Below are positions 41,073-54,755 of a DNA stretch of 64,000 nucleotides, one piece after another. A program made the position numbers and the translations under genes. The notes under the pieces are model-generated. The model worked only from the letters and a program-made list of their open reading frames with translations, made no database searches and was not told where the DNA came from. The stretch comes from Camelus ferus (Eukaryota), in assembly GCF_009834535.1 (NCBI RefSeq), contig NC_045696.1, positions 78,370,001-78,434,000 on the forward strand, in the 5' to 3' direction. The stretch's first letter is position 1; every line of letters begins with the position of its first letter.

Positions 41073-42899
41073 TGTGGATGTTAGATGTCTGTTTAATTTT
41101 AACAGAATGGAAGACTTTACCCATTTTACTCATTTGATGATAAAAATTTGTGACTTAATAACTTCTAAAATGATAATCACAATGTTCATCACTCTAGAAG
41201 CTTTGGATAATCTTAAATGTATAAGTTTAAAGAAAGATTTCTGATTAGACCCTCCTATTTCTGTATTAAAATATTAGAGATAAGAGTATCATTAGAGAAT
41301 AGCTTTTTGTTAAAACAAGGTAATATCGTTTTTAACTCAATATTTCTAGTTTTCTGGAGAAAGATGTTTAGAAGAGGTGATCTTTCTAAGTTTCTTAGCT
41401 TTTAAGTTACTCAAATGCACCCAAAATATATCCTTTACTGTATATATACTACTTTGGTTTCCTCTGAAATTCTTCACTGTTAGTCTGAATGGTATACTTT
41501 CACTGACTACCGAGCAAGGAGGAAACAACTTTCTGATGCCGGATACTGAAGATCAATAGCTATTTCCCAAAGTTTATAGCATAATTAAAATGTGTAACAG
41601 GAATAATTTTCTCTTCAAACCCTAAGGCTAAGCCTAGAATTATTGACTAAGTCAAAGTTATATGGTATAACATTTTTTATTATGTTTATGGATAATATAA
41701 AGGAGTTTATGGCTTTTACATGTAATTTGTTAAGTTAGAAACACTGAAGAGGAAATATCTCCTACATCAGCAAAGCATCAATTGTTTAAAAACCTCTTTA
41801 AGCTGTATTTTGTAGAGGTAAATCTATATTCTTTTATACTAGTGTGTGGTCACCTAAAACCTCAAACTGAAGGTTAATGGTCAAAACATTCCTGAATTTA
41901 GTAGAACCCATTTACCTCAAACTACTTCTCCAGAGCTTTATCACCTTCAATAAAAGTGCCAGGAATGTAGGTGTGATGGAAATATCATAAGGATGTGAAG
42001 GTAGGTAGGATAAGAGGAATCATGACACATCCAAACAGAAAACACTATATGTGTGCATGAAATCCTGTGAGTTCTTGTAAAACACAATATCCATAGGAAA
42101 GCAGATATATCAACTATGGAATGGGCTCATTTCAGTACTAAAAATTAACAGTCACTATTTTTTGCATATGGATGTAAATGGCAAATATTTGAAACACACT
42201 CCTTGGACAATCTAATTTTTTTAAATAGCTCTTTTCAAAAGGGACCCGTGGGAAATGCAGCAGTTAAGAAGCAACAGAGTCAGATACATCCCAGATTTAA
42301 ATTCTAGCTTTGCTCCTTACTGGTATTTACTAAATGTCCAATTGTATTACTCACTCTTTTCATTAATATTAGTGATGATAACAACATAATCATACAAACC
42401 CAGATGTGAATCACTAATTATCCAAGAGTCTTGGAATCTTGGAGTGAATAAACATTGATCCCAACCTTATTTGGCTTTCTTCAAACAAAGTCAAATGGAA
42501 AGTGTGTTCCCCTCATCCTGAAGTCCAGTATGTCAGCCACATTCATGCTATATGGCCAGTGGCATATATGGGTGCTTTGCTAATGTTACATAGATGAGAA
42601 GATACCACTATAAAAGTTGATTTGCAGTCAGGCCTGGGTGTTCTATTGCCTTTAAAAGCCGGGTGGATTTGTAATGAAATTTGCTCTCTCTTCTAGTTCT
42701 GTTCAGGTGCAGTGGCATACAACCTGAAGAAAACTAGCTGGAGTAGGCTTATTGGATGGTGCTAAATGATGAAGCCTAAGTATTCCAGAATTACCATCTC
42801 AAGCTATATCTGTAGACAAGCCAATAAAACACACACACACTCTCACACAAACTCACGCATGTCTCTATGAAAATTAGCTTAATCATCTGCCTCCATTTT

Positions 42900-44070
42900 T
42901 TCCTGTTGCTTTCCCACATTCACTGACACTCTCTCTTGTCCAACTTCACTGAGGCTGCTTCTGGACAATAATTTTATTCACCTTTCATGGATTCAACACC
43001 CCACACACAGCTCCACCCTAACTCTTGGCTGGATGAACTCATCCTTTGCGGCAAAGACGCAGGCCATTTGCCATGAGTGATGGAACTCACAGGGAATTCA
43101 TCATTACCCTCACTCTTCTACTTCCTTATAGAAAGAAAGCTGCCCTCTGCTCTTTAAAGTTACTCTACTGCTCCAAGATTCACTGAACACCTATCTTAGT
43201 ACCTTCATCTTATCCCTCACAGACAGTGTTTCCTCTTTTGTGAAAACTGAAATTTAGACTTACCTCATAGAACGGTTGAGATGCAACTGCCTCCTTTGTT
43301 CACTCTTCTTTCTCCCACTCCCTAACTACAGCCATTTCCCAGGGCACAATGAGTGAACTTCTACTATTTTAAGCTCCGTGTTGTTTATAATTTTGTCTCC
43401 TTCTCTCACCTCATTCCTGCTGATTCTCAAATTGTCTCTTCCTCATGTCTCACTTAAATTACAGGCTTGAATCAGCAAATCTTAGCTACCTGACTATTCC
43501 GTCATTTGACATATTTCACCCTTCTTCAATAAAAATCCCCACTGTGCATCTCCCACAAAATTCTGTCACCTGTGTCTTCTCTGTCTTCCATGACCCCATC
43601 TCGGTTTCTTTTGTTTCTACTTGTACTTTAGATGTCAGTATTTTCTAGACTCTATCATAGGTCTTCTCTTCCTGCTTTAATTCCTATACTTGTACAATCT
43701 TATCTATCCAAAATGTCATCTGTGATTTAAGTTTTAATAATTTCCAACTCCCTAATTCCATCCCAGTTCTCTCTCTCAAGGTCTAGTCTCATTTTTACAA
43801 TGTAAGTCCTGGGCATTTTCATCAGTTAGACTGATAGCTTAATATTATTTTTGTTTAAAGCAGTCTCATTTTTCTCTCCTCTAAATTATTCCCCATCCTA
43901 CACTCCCTAAATCAGTTAATACTATTCTCTCTGTCACCTAAGCCAGAAACCCAGTTTTTACAACCTCTTCCTCCTTCAGCATTGCATACAAGCAAACATC
44001 AATTTAACCTCAAGTATCCCTCAGATTTATTTCTTTTTGTCACATCCCATCAACATCACATGAACTTAGC
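42900..44070 (+). mobile_element. Decayed L2 LINE
   Basis: Pyrimidine-rich L2 phrases (ctctctctcaaggtctagtctc, gtcacctaagccagaaacc). Boundaries approximate. Confidence 0.55.
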
Positions 44071-44814
44071 TCTCTGTCACTATGAGATGATGGACAGTGA
44101 TGAGGATGAATTATAAATAAAGCAGAAGGAAAATACAAGTAAATACAAAGAAAATATAGTCATATAATTATTTATATTTGTATTTATTGAACATATACTC
44201 CTTATTGAATACTGTGAAGATTAAATAAAATAATAAATATAGAACACTCAAAACAATTTTCCTCTATCACCACCATCATCATTGTCTCATACTTGGGACT
44301 CTGTTGAGAGCTCATCTGGGTAAATCCAACCAAGGTCCACAAAACTAGAGAAGATGAAAATGAACAATACTCTGATCCTGATATTTGAGAACAGAGGATC
44401 TATGTCAACTATCATTCTAGAAAAAGGTATCTTTCCATTTTAAGACTTCTTTTATTTGTCAGTTTTTCAGTTAAGGCTTCTTATTTTAATCTGCTTTGCA
44501 TTTACCATGTTAAGTGATTGATACTTTATGCTCAACTAATTTACATGTTAGAAAAAATGTAAATTGTCTAGACACAAAAAATACTACTATGCATTTCATG
44601 TGTATTTTTCTGAATATATTAAACTTACACTTACTGAAAATATAGTATGTGTTAGCAATAATTCTAGGTAGCAAAATAAAGCCAGCCATGGCCTTTTATC
44701 TCAAGGAGAGAACATTTTATCGCAGGAAAACAGGCAATAAACAAAAATACTAAAAGAAAAAAAACGGCTCATGATGAGATATTTAAAATCAGGCATTAAG
44801 ACAGAGACTGGCTG

Positions 44815-45513
44815 GATCATATGGTAAGTGTATTTTTAATTTTTTAAGGGACCTCCATACTGTCCATATGGTCCAGTAATTCAACTCTTGGGCATATATC
44901 TGGAGAAAACTATAATTCAAAAAGACACATGCACCCCAATGTTCACAGCAGCATTATTTAGAATAGCTAAGACATGGAAACAACGTAAACATCCACAGAT
45001 AAATGGATAAAGAAGATGTGGTATATATATAATGGAATATTACTCGGCCATAAAAAAGAATGAAATAATGACATTTGCAGCAACCTGGATGGACCTAGAG
45101 ATTACCATATTAAGTGAAGTAAGTCAATCAGAGAAAGACAAATATCATACGCTGTCACTTACAGGTGGAATCTAAAAAAAAAAAGATACAAATTTTATTT
45201 ACAAACCAGAAATTGACTCATGTACATAGAAAACAAACTGTGCTTACCAGGGGGGATGTGAGGGGAGGGACAGATTAGTTAGGAGTTTGGGATTAACAGA
45301 TACATATTACTATATATAAAATAAACAACAAGGACCTACTGTATAGCACAGAGAACTATATTCAATTTCTTGTAATGGGCTGCAATGGAAAAGGATCTAA
45401 TATATTTATATACACATATATAGCAAAAGTATACAGCTGTATACCTTTGCTGTATACCTGAAACTAACATTGTAAATCGACTATACTTCAACAAAAAATA
45501 AATTAAAAAAAAA
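44815..45513 (+). mobile_element. 5'-truncated, 5'-inverted L1 (cetartiodactyl type) with 17-bp TSD
   Basis: Antisense segment to 44863, sense ORF2 end and 3' UTR 44864-45490, poly(A); AAGACAGAGACTGGCTG at 44798-814 and 45514-530. Confidence 0.95.
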
Positions 45514-47043
45514 AAGACAGAGACTGGCTGCTTTAGTTTGAGAGGCTAGAGAAGGTATCACTGAGATGATATTTGATCTAATAATTGAATGACAAGAAGC
45601 AAACCATAGGAAATTCAGCAGGTATTACCAGTATACAGATGTCTAGTAGGGAATCAGCTTAGTGAATCTGTTGGCAGAAGGGAGGAGGCCAAGATTGTTG
45701 TGAGTTTCAAATAAGCTTAGTAAATTTCCACCTAAATGTAGTATCTAATGAATACTAGTTTTCCCCTTTTTATTTATCTAATTATGGAAGTAAATTATTT
45801 ACTAACTCATCAATTTATAAAAATGAAACTTTCATATGAAGACTACCTTTCCACAACACTCTATTAACTAAATACCAATGGTATTGTGAATTATGTTAAG
45901 TTATGCAGAAGTATTTTAGTAAATACAATTTGGCAATTACTAATTTCTAAAAGTATAGCAATACTATACATTTTCCAATCTAGTAAAAAGATGATGCCCA
46001 AACAAATCCCTAGAGGTCAAATGATAAACTGAAAAGAATATAAAATATGAACTTAAATTGATGAGAAAGACTCAAGAATGAAAAAAAGATTAATACTTTC
46101 TTATTAAATTTTTTTCATTTTTACCCTCAAATTCCTATTTACCTGTAAGGAAAATAAAACTTAAGGCAACATTATTACCTCGCTGTACCTATAGTTTATA
46201 GATTGGAGCATTTAGAGTAGATTTATAGTGCAACAGGAATATTATCAATACCAATGTGTGTTCCTCATTCTTACCCTGTATCCCTGCCCCACCTACCATC
46301 CCCTTCCCACCACCAAATCTGTTACAGTGACTGTACTGAATCCTTCATTCATCAAAACGAACACACAACACTCATATAAAATCCACTCCAGGAGAGACTT
46401 GCATAATATGCTTATAAAATATATATAGCAGCCTTATTTTCAAAATGACCTATTTTTATATTCTGAAATTTTAATAGTGTGAATATTTAAATCATGTAAA
46501 TTTAGTTTTTATAAAGTCTATATTTCTTAATTATTCTTTTGTTTTCCTTTTTATTATCTGATTCATTTTATGTTTGAATTTTTTCTACGTAATTTTTTTT
46601 CTGACAAACATCTGATAGGATAGTGCAGCAGCTTAAGGAGCTCAGAGAAAGTCATCCATGTCAAGATTCTGAGATGGCTTAAATAATACCATTTTTTTAT
46701 CTCTAGAATTCTTTTAACTTTAAGTCTCAGTGTTACCTAATAAAAACCCTTTTTTCTGGTTAGGCCTGTTTCCTGTAATCTATAGAAATTATTTTGATTT
46801 CTATCACCATGTCTAATCAAGAAATCTATGCATCTCTTGAATAACTGCCACATTTTTATATGATTTGAATACCATAAATCTTACAACCAATTTCTTACTT
46901 TCTTTTGGCTGCTAGGAAGCTGGAAAGCAGATTTATTTGGTAGCTGTTTGGAATGTTCTGGTACATATTTTACAAACAAATTTTAACTGTTGTATTATTT
47001 TAACCTTTATTGTGTTTACTTATTTGGAGCCTATTTCAAAGTA

Positions 47044-47277
47044 TAGTGACTCTTGAAAAATTCAGGGGTTAGGGGCATCAACTCCCCCACACCCTATGCA
47101 GTTGAAAATGCATGAACAATTTTACAGTGGGCCCTCCAGCCCTCTGTGTGTGTGGTTCCAAATCCATGGATTATTTGACTTTGACTTGCATAGTACTATA
47201 GCATGTATTTAGTGGAGAAAATCCATGATATAAGTGGACCTGCACAGGTCAAAACAATGTTATTCAAAGGTCCACTG
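47044..47277 (-). mobile_element. Tigger-derived MITE (MER8-like)
   Basis: TA flanks; TIRs tagtgactcttgaa / ttcaaaggtccactg; internal tataagtggacctgcacag. Confidence 0.8.
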
Positions 47278-50200
47278 TAGTAATTTTTGGAAAATCCTTT
47301 TCGATCTCAGTAAGAGAGAAAAATAAAATTAGTAAACACATAGGTAGATGCAATCTCTATGCCTTATCTCTGCTGTCTGTTTTGCCAGGAAAGACTTTCT
47401 TCCTTCTGCCACTCATTCTGGTCAGAATCAGCTTACATCACACCTCTTCCTAGATTTCTTTTTAAATTCCTGGATATGTGTCTGTGGCTATAACACCAAG
47501 AATTGGCAAGAGTGGAAGCAAGTTCCCCTTACTGTGGCAAAGTCTAGTTCTCTATCTCTGAAATCTGCCATCAAGAAATGTGGATGTGATGAAATTTTTT
47601 CAAGATTTATCAATAGCTTAAGAGAAGATGGGACTTGTCTATGATTGCACTAAAGGTTCATAAACAAAGAGGAAAATAAAGCACAGACCCTTCAATCCTC
47701 TCTGCTTCTCATGCCCTGTTTGAAAAGAAACTCGCTTTTGAGAAAACAAAAGAATGGCTGAGATGGAATGGTTTCAAAAATTCAATCAATTCTTGAAATG
47801 AATCATTCACTAAGGTCTGAAGTCACACAGCAAAGTTGACTGCGTCATTTAATAGGTGTAAATGCGCATCTTTTGCATGTTTGTATGAATTGCATTAAAT
47901 CTAGTAGTTGACTTTTCAAACAATTCTGTTTTGGGCTCTTTTATGAGATTCTATACCTATCGTCAAAGTCAATTTTCTTAGTACACAATGCACAACTTGC
48001 ATTACATTGATCAAAGGTTTAAAGAGAACAAGTGAATTGCATTTCAATATAAATTATAATGGCATTTATAAATGTGCCTTCTAAAGCGTTCAACTGTGGA
48101 GATGGTTAAACATATCTATCAACAGAGCAACAAAATAGCCCTGTCAAATAGAACTATTTACCCCTACTTTTCCTGAAGAGAGTTTAGAAGCTCAAGGGAT
48201 CAGCTGAAGCTCAATGCCTTTTATGTGTTTTCATTCAAATCACATTTTCTTTGCAATCTTGTCAGTAGCCCTTTTTTCCCTCACTTATGTATCAAGTGTA
48301 ATACTCTCCAATGAGAAGTCAAGTACATGCTTGGTTAATAATCCTCCCCCAAAAAACTTGGGATACCAAGGAGGTTGGCTTACTGTTCTACTCAGTTAGC
48401 TAAATTTGTTTAAACCCTTTCCAAAATCTAGAGAATAGGCATACAAGCTAATAATTATATAGTGTTTATACGTGTGTAATCATCGGATTATTACTGCAAG
48501 CTTTGTTTCATTTCTTTAAAGAAAAAGAAAGCAGATTCAAAGACAGCTCCAACCTTTTGAATATATGGAAACATTTTAATTGCATTATTAATAATAATGT
48601 TGAAACAATCAAGTCATCCTGTAGGTATGCATCACCTTTTATTCAAGAAGATTTTATAGTGACTTTAATTGAAACTTGAAATGTTTCTCTTTAAAACAAT
48701 TCCAGTGCCATAAAACATCATTTAAATTGTGGGGATTAAAGTTTGCCTCTCAGACCATTGAAAAGTCTAGGAATAAACCCTGAATTTCAAAGTATTTAAG
48801 AATTGGCTTTTCCCTCAACAGTAGGTTTTAACTTGCGTATCATGTCATTAACTGCCTTTATCAAGTGCTCCATTCAAGTTTGTTGCTTGCTTTTTTATTT
48901 CTAAGAAGGTGAAGATCCAATTTCCATTTAGAAAGACAAGGAAAAAAGAGCTCCTCAGCCCAGTTACTTCCTCAACCATTTTTTTAATGTCTTATTTCAG
49001 AATTCATCTCCTAACCTCATCTGTCTGCTCCGAGGGTTCTCTGCCTTGTACCTGGGGAACAGTCCCCAGGCCATCTTCTCATGCACTTTTGCCTAAGGTC
49101 AGACCCACCTGGGATTTCATGCCTTTACATTCTCTGCAATTTTACTTGCTCCAAATGTATTTGATTTTGTCCTTAGATTATAAGACCTCTCCAGCAGAGC
49201 TTCTAGAAGTTTCAACTCCAAAATAGCCTGTTACTTCAATATCTAAATTCATTTCCAGAGTGTCTCAATGATATAAGTGTTCCAACTTCTCACTAAGAGC
49301 TAGTGAGAGCCTTCCTCCTGGAACACTGAGGGGGTTAAACAAGAGCTCCTTGCATTTCTCTTAATTGAAAATATTATTAAACTTTTATTGGGTGGAAAAG
49401 AAGATTCATACACTGGTGAGCCCTCTTTGAGGTTTTAGAAAGATTTCAAGTCACTCACAGGCATGCTTTACAATGATGAATGCAGAGATATTTTTTCCAC
49501 CACAGAAAGTAAACATACACACCAAACCAGTATAACAGGTTGGGGTAGACAGTACTGCCGCCCTTGGGCTGCAACTTAGAAGCACAGACACTAAGGCACC
49601 TTTCTGCTTAGATTTTTTTTTTTCCTCATACTAGCCAAATAGAATAAGTATACAGCTAATAAATGGCTGTATCATGAGATACATGAGATTTGTTGCATGT
49701 GCCTATGGAATTTCAAGCCAGCTCCTGGTTGTGATGAAAATTAAGTAAATGTTTTAAAAGCCAAAGAAACTTTTATCCAGTCAAGAGAAAATCCAAGCCT
49801 AGACAGACGAGTCCTGTAATAGACTGAATACTGGACAATGCTTTCCAGGTCATAACTACAGAAACTAAAGGATGTCAATATGCAAAGCATTTATAAGCCT
49901 GATTTCCCTTTCTGAAATAGGAAAGTAAATACCCCTAGAAATTATGTGCCAAATTTCTCAATAAAATTATTGTCTTTAGGCAGCTAGGGTGGAGACCTAG
50001 TTTCTGGCAACTGCTTCTGAGAAACCAAAGACAATTTTCGTTCCTTTAAAGGATCTCTGTTTGCGACTCTACAAAATAAAAATATAGGACTTAAGGCCTG
50101 CTAAGCTCCTCGCTACCTGAAAATGTTAATATTCTACAGATTTCTTTTTCCCTAGCTCCGACAGCCAAATTCTCCTTGTGTGGGTTTGAGAAGAGGTCTC

Positions 50201-50324
50201 CTCTCTGCTGACTGCTGTCTAGAATTGGCCATGCCTTCGAAAGGGTCTGGCCAACCTTTCTATACTTAGAAACATCTCTCCTGCTGAATTCTATTCTTTT
50301 GTATCCTTTAAAATAAGGGATTTG

Positions 50325-50900
50325 TAGACCTAGAGAACCAAGAAGAACTGAGGTAGGAAGGCGGTTTATAATTAGAAGATGCTTGAAAATATCTGAGCAG
50401 CTGATAAGTAGGCAGCCTGAGTGAAGAGGGTGTGTCAAGCAGCTCAGGGGAGACCCCACGCAAAGACATCTCCTCTCACGAGGCTGTGCCGGCACTGGGC
50501 TCAGAGATGCCTTTGATTCAAATAATTCCGAGGATAAACTAGCGTATCTTTTACAAAGAGACAGGTGGCCTTGCACATATTTTGACCAAGGAGGAAGGGG
50601 AGAGAAAGAAAAGCTCGTGGGCCTGAGTTCATGAGGTAGGAGGGATTCAGTGGATGAGGGACATAGCTGGATAGTGAGAAATTCTTTCTTTTTTAATAAT
50701 TCTGACTAGGGTCTGCTCTGCCTGTTAATAAGAACCCTGGGAGAAGTAGAAAATGCATGTCCTTCCCGAGAGAATAGGAAGGGGCTCTTACATGCCCAAG
50801 GGTAGCTTTCGGAGAAACCTTAGCTTAAGGCATTTTCTAGGTAACTGCCAGGAAGGGACTTGCCACCCTCCTGTCATCCCAGCCGTGGCCTTTCACTATT
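50325..50900. mobile_element. Possible decayed LTR element
   Basis: Local GC rise with LTR-like composition; termini not confidently located. Confidence 0.3.
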
Positions 50901-53131
50901 GTCACAGACTGACAACGTGCCACTCGGTGATACACGTGTTTGTAGATACTATGCAAGAAAATGCTGCTTCCTTTCCTCAGCAAATAACAATGCTTAGACG
51001 GCACTCATCCCTGTTCCTTATGTCGTATTATTTATACATTTTATTTATATTTTCAACAATTAGAAAAATCTTTCTAGTCTTCTCTCCTTCTCAAGGTAAT
51101 TCTATTATATGAATCCCAAGAATATTATGAAACTTCATGTATGAAGTTTTTACATGATTGTCTGTGGAGTTACTCTTGAGACTGAAAGGGAGTGTTTGCC
51201 TTTTACACTGGAAAAGATATTTGAGATCTGTTCACATTAAGCTGAAGAGAACCTTGGAAAGATTTAACTTTCATTAGGAAAAAGATAGATTCCCAATACC
51301 ATTGGAAACATTAAATGTTGGGAGCTTAGGGGTTTCACTAACCAGGGCACACTCAGCCAGCTCCCTGGGTAGAATAATGGGTCAGAGACCTGCAGGAAAT
51401 AGTAATACAATGAACAATCTTTGGCAATGTCTATGGCTAGCCTCCAAGTTGTGACTAGAGATGGTCCAATGAATCTGGACAATCCAGATACATGGGCTTA
51501 GAAAACTTATTCAAAGCACATGATGGAGTTCTAATGATAATCTATTGTCACGTATTATCCTCATAGCCAACACACTGAAATCACCCATATGTTTAATGTA
51601 CAAAACATGTGAATATACTCATTCCTATTAGAGGACACTCACTTGCAAGCAGAGGTGACAATAATTAGTATTATTTAGAGAACTTCAGAATTTTTTTATA
51701 AATGTTAAGTCAAAAGCAGAATTAAACAACATTTCAAAATGCCTTTTCCATTTACTTTCGTAATTTTTAAACTCAAGAACAGAGATAGGACAGACTATTG
51801 CCTAGAAAATAGAATTCTGTTAGAGCAATCCATAAATGAGGACTCCAAGATATATCATGATTCACTTTATAAGTTATTAAACTTATAAAATCTCATACCT
51901 TCACAATACAAATGAAGGAACAAATTATCCCCACAGTGTTATCCTTTATAATTAAACAAAAAATCCAGAAATGATTTCAAACCAACAGCTGAAGCACCTT
52001 TGTTTCTCATTAATGCTCACTGATTAATAGGTTCATTTAATAATCGTAAGGCAAATACATCTGGAATAGAAGCATTTTGACACTCCAAGAAGATAGATCT
52101 GAACTATTTGTAGACCTCCCAAGGATGTATTTCAACTCAGATAAGATCAAAAGAGAACACATTCCTTATAGAAAAGTTTTCACAGAATGCACAAAGGAAA
52201 ATACCCTGGAATAAACTCATCTCACAAGTATTCGCCAACGACAGAAGGTTTATGGATAGAGGCACATTGTTTTCTAACTCAAACCATGAGATTCAAATTA
52301 TTTACCATAGCTCTTATTTTAAATCGTATACATGCTTTTCTGATATATGCAGATTATTAATTCTGAAAATAGTTGGGCAGATCAACAGGAGGGAAGGAAA
52401 GTAACCCTTTCACAGTGGAACATATTACCTGAATCCTAAGTACAGAAAAGTGCAAGAAAAAAAAAAACAAAAACAAAAACAAAAAAACCCCCAAACAACA
52501 GGAAATTGATATGCACTCTAGGACTCTAAAATAAGTAGCAAATATTATCCATAATCCTGACACAAAGAGAGGTGACAAGGAGAGAGAGGGGTGGCCTGGT
52601 TACTCTCAGTTTATCTCAATCCCTGAACACAGACACAGGTGATGTAGCATATGGCAGAGGATAGGTTATTCCGACGTATACATTTCATACAAACTCAGCA
52701 TCATCTGAACAACTTGAACAACCCAGAGCCTTCCCATAAGCTTTTCCAAGGAAAAACATTACGGAGACAGTTAAGGTATATGTTATAATGTCATTCTGTC
52801 CATACAACATATAAATTATTTCCTAGAGTTGTGCTAAATGAGCCTTTTATCTTGTTTTACTTCAGTAGAATGCACTAAATAACTTTTAAAAATAATCTTC
52901 AAATTTAAAATGTTTTTAATAGCATTTTACGTAGTATTTCAAAAAAATTTTTTAGGAAACATACAGAAATAAGAATAAAAATTCTGGGATTCTTAAGCAA
53001 TTGAAGTAGAGTAAGGATTAAAGAAAAATGAAGGGAAAGCACAGGTTTTCTGGAAGACAACTGAACTCTAGAAAATGGGTGACATACTTTTATGACCAGA
53101 CACGTCTAGGACCATCATGTTGTTCTCATAT

Positions 53132-53178
53132 GTGTTACATTTCATAGGTAGTGTTACATTTCATAGGTAGTGTTACAT
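53132..53178. repeat. Tandem repeat, 19-bp unit x ~2.5
   Basis: GTGTTACATTTCATAGGTA at 53132 and 53151, partial copy at 53170. Confidence 0.95.
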
Positions 53179-54033
53179 GTTTGGTTATGCACACTTACTG
53201 GAAAATTGAATGGCTGGGGGATTTTCTTCCTGGTAGCGCTACAAGAACATAATTAGATTAAAATGTCATTATCAAGTAGATTTTGTTAAAAAAATACTTT
53301 GATCAAAATGAGAACTTGTAAAAGTGATAATTCATAAGAGGGTAAACTACTAGAGATCATGGCAACAAATAAGCATTCAATCCACTTTCTACCTTTTTTT
53401 AAAAAGAAAGAATTTTCTTCACTCAAAAAAGTGGAACATGTAAGCGAACTTGTTATTTGTTTCTATGAACAAGCCTAATGATAGAAGCCTAGTCAGGCCA
53501 ATGTCAACAAAGCCAGTCCCTTCAAAGGACAAAGGTATCTGATTAAGGGAGACCTGTAAAATCAGCTGCTCTCCCCAACCAATCAGCTGCCCTCTGAGAC
53601 CCTGTTTTCTACCTTAAGAAAATGGTTATATGAATTACAAGGACATTTACCTGGTACACCCAGAGATGGCAAAATTTGATTAAAAATAAAAATCTCACAG
53701 GCAGAGACAAAAATCAATATTCTGTCAAAGCTGGGAAAGATTTAACGTGAAAGTGCACTGGAAGTTGGTCGTAGCAGTTCCCAGCACTGCACTGGGAAGT
53801 GATAAAACTTGCCCTACTCCACCAAATTCGCGTTTCTGCATACGTTGAGCTGTTGAGCACAACAGAGAAAGGCAGCTTCCTCTGAAACAACAACACCTCT
53901 GCCTCTTTTCCCCACCGGCAAAGCACACCTTGAAACGCAGTGCACAGACACACACGCATACACACACTTTGTAATCTACACGGCTTGGCTTAAATGTCTG
54001 ACTGCAAACATTTCAGAGGTTGTTGGCACTTAC

Positions 54034-54076
54034 CTTGCAAAGCTGTGTTAGGTAAACTTGCTTCATTCTCTCCCAT
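54034..54076 (-). CDS. NAALADL2: First coding exon (43 nt, phase 1) of N-acetylated alpha-linked acidic dipeptidase-like 2; partial CDS
   Basis: Minus strand reads ATG GGA GAG AAT GAA GCA AGT TTA CCT AAC ACA GCT TTG CAA G|GTAAGT = MGENEASLPNTALQ-G. This matches the human NAALADL2 N-terminus as recalled (MGENEASLPNTSLQGKKMAYQ). Strong Kozak context (AAGATGG) and perfect donor. Confidence 0.92.
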
Positions 54077-54165
54077 CTTATAATTTCTTTTTAAAGGGGG
54101 CCAAGCAGTTTCAAGTTGTGTCAGTTACCCTGCAAGTTCTGTGACCTTCTGACTTTCTACTGTAG
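54077..54165 (-). other. NAALADL2: 5' UTR part of NAALADL2 exon 1 (TSS approximate)
   Basis: Repeat-free sequence directly upstream of the ATG (cagtagaaagtcagaaggtcacag...aaagaaattataag). Exact TSS cannot be determined from sequence. Confidence 0.6.
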
Positions 54166-54589
54166 TAATGTAACAGTACACTACCTGCTTTCTTCTGTGA
54201 ATAATTACCATTCTGCTTCCTGAGTTACCTGGGCTTGCAGGACCTGTTTTACTGTGAAGTGAGATCACATCCTTTGATCCAATGGACTACTATTAGTGTG
54301 TGCTTCACAAAACGTGGCTTTGTTTCAGTTTTGGTGTTAACTTTTAATTCCCTACTTTCACTTCAGTCCAGAAACGTATCTACACTCCCCCACCCCCATC
54401 CCCTAAAGAGTGTTCGTACTACTAACACACCATAGTGCAGAACCAGAGTTTTGTTAGTGTTTCCAATCTGCTTCTCATATAGAAATAAATTAAAGTTAAA
54501 GTGAATTTTGCAAAATCCATTAAAAAATACAGGGAGATAAGGAACAGCATGTGAATCAGTTTTGTGCAACGGGGAAAGACAGCTTTGAG

Positions 54590-54755
54590 GTATGTCTAGT
54601 ACTAGCTGAGTAACTACAAGTGAGGAGCATGACTTGAGACTCAGTTTCCTCAACTGTAAAATGGGAAAAATACCTATTTCAGAAGATTATTATAAAAACT
54701 GAAAGCAATAATGTACGACTGTGCTAAACGTCGTGAATGGCGGATAATAAGCACA
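54590..54755 (+). mobile_element. MIR SINE
   Basis: ctcagtttcctcaactgtaaaatggg core. Confidence 0.7.

Larger units (their letters stand above)
1..54033 (-). other. NAALADL2: Intron 1 of NAALADL2 (continues beyond window start)
   Basis: Begins GTAAGT at 54033. No exon-2 sequence (KKMAYQKV...) found in the window; repeat-rich non-coding DNA. Confidence 0.8.

Noticed and set aside
40900..41244. Acidic poly-D/E and poly-I ORFs
   Set aside because: Produced by a (TCA)n/pyrimidine microsatellite next to a MIR.
50091..50576. Longest ORF in the track (161 aa, minus)
   Set aside because: No recognisable protein similarity, non-ATG start, overlaps a probable LTR relic, no splice support.
53775..53800. 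CAGTGC-containing hairpin resembling an iron-responsive element
   Set aside because: The five bases flanking either CAGTGC do not pair as an IRE upper stem requires, and it lies in intron 1 of the canonical transcript.
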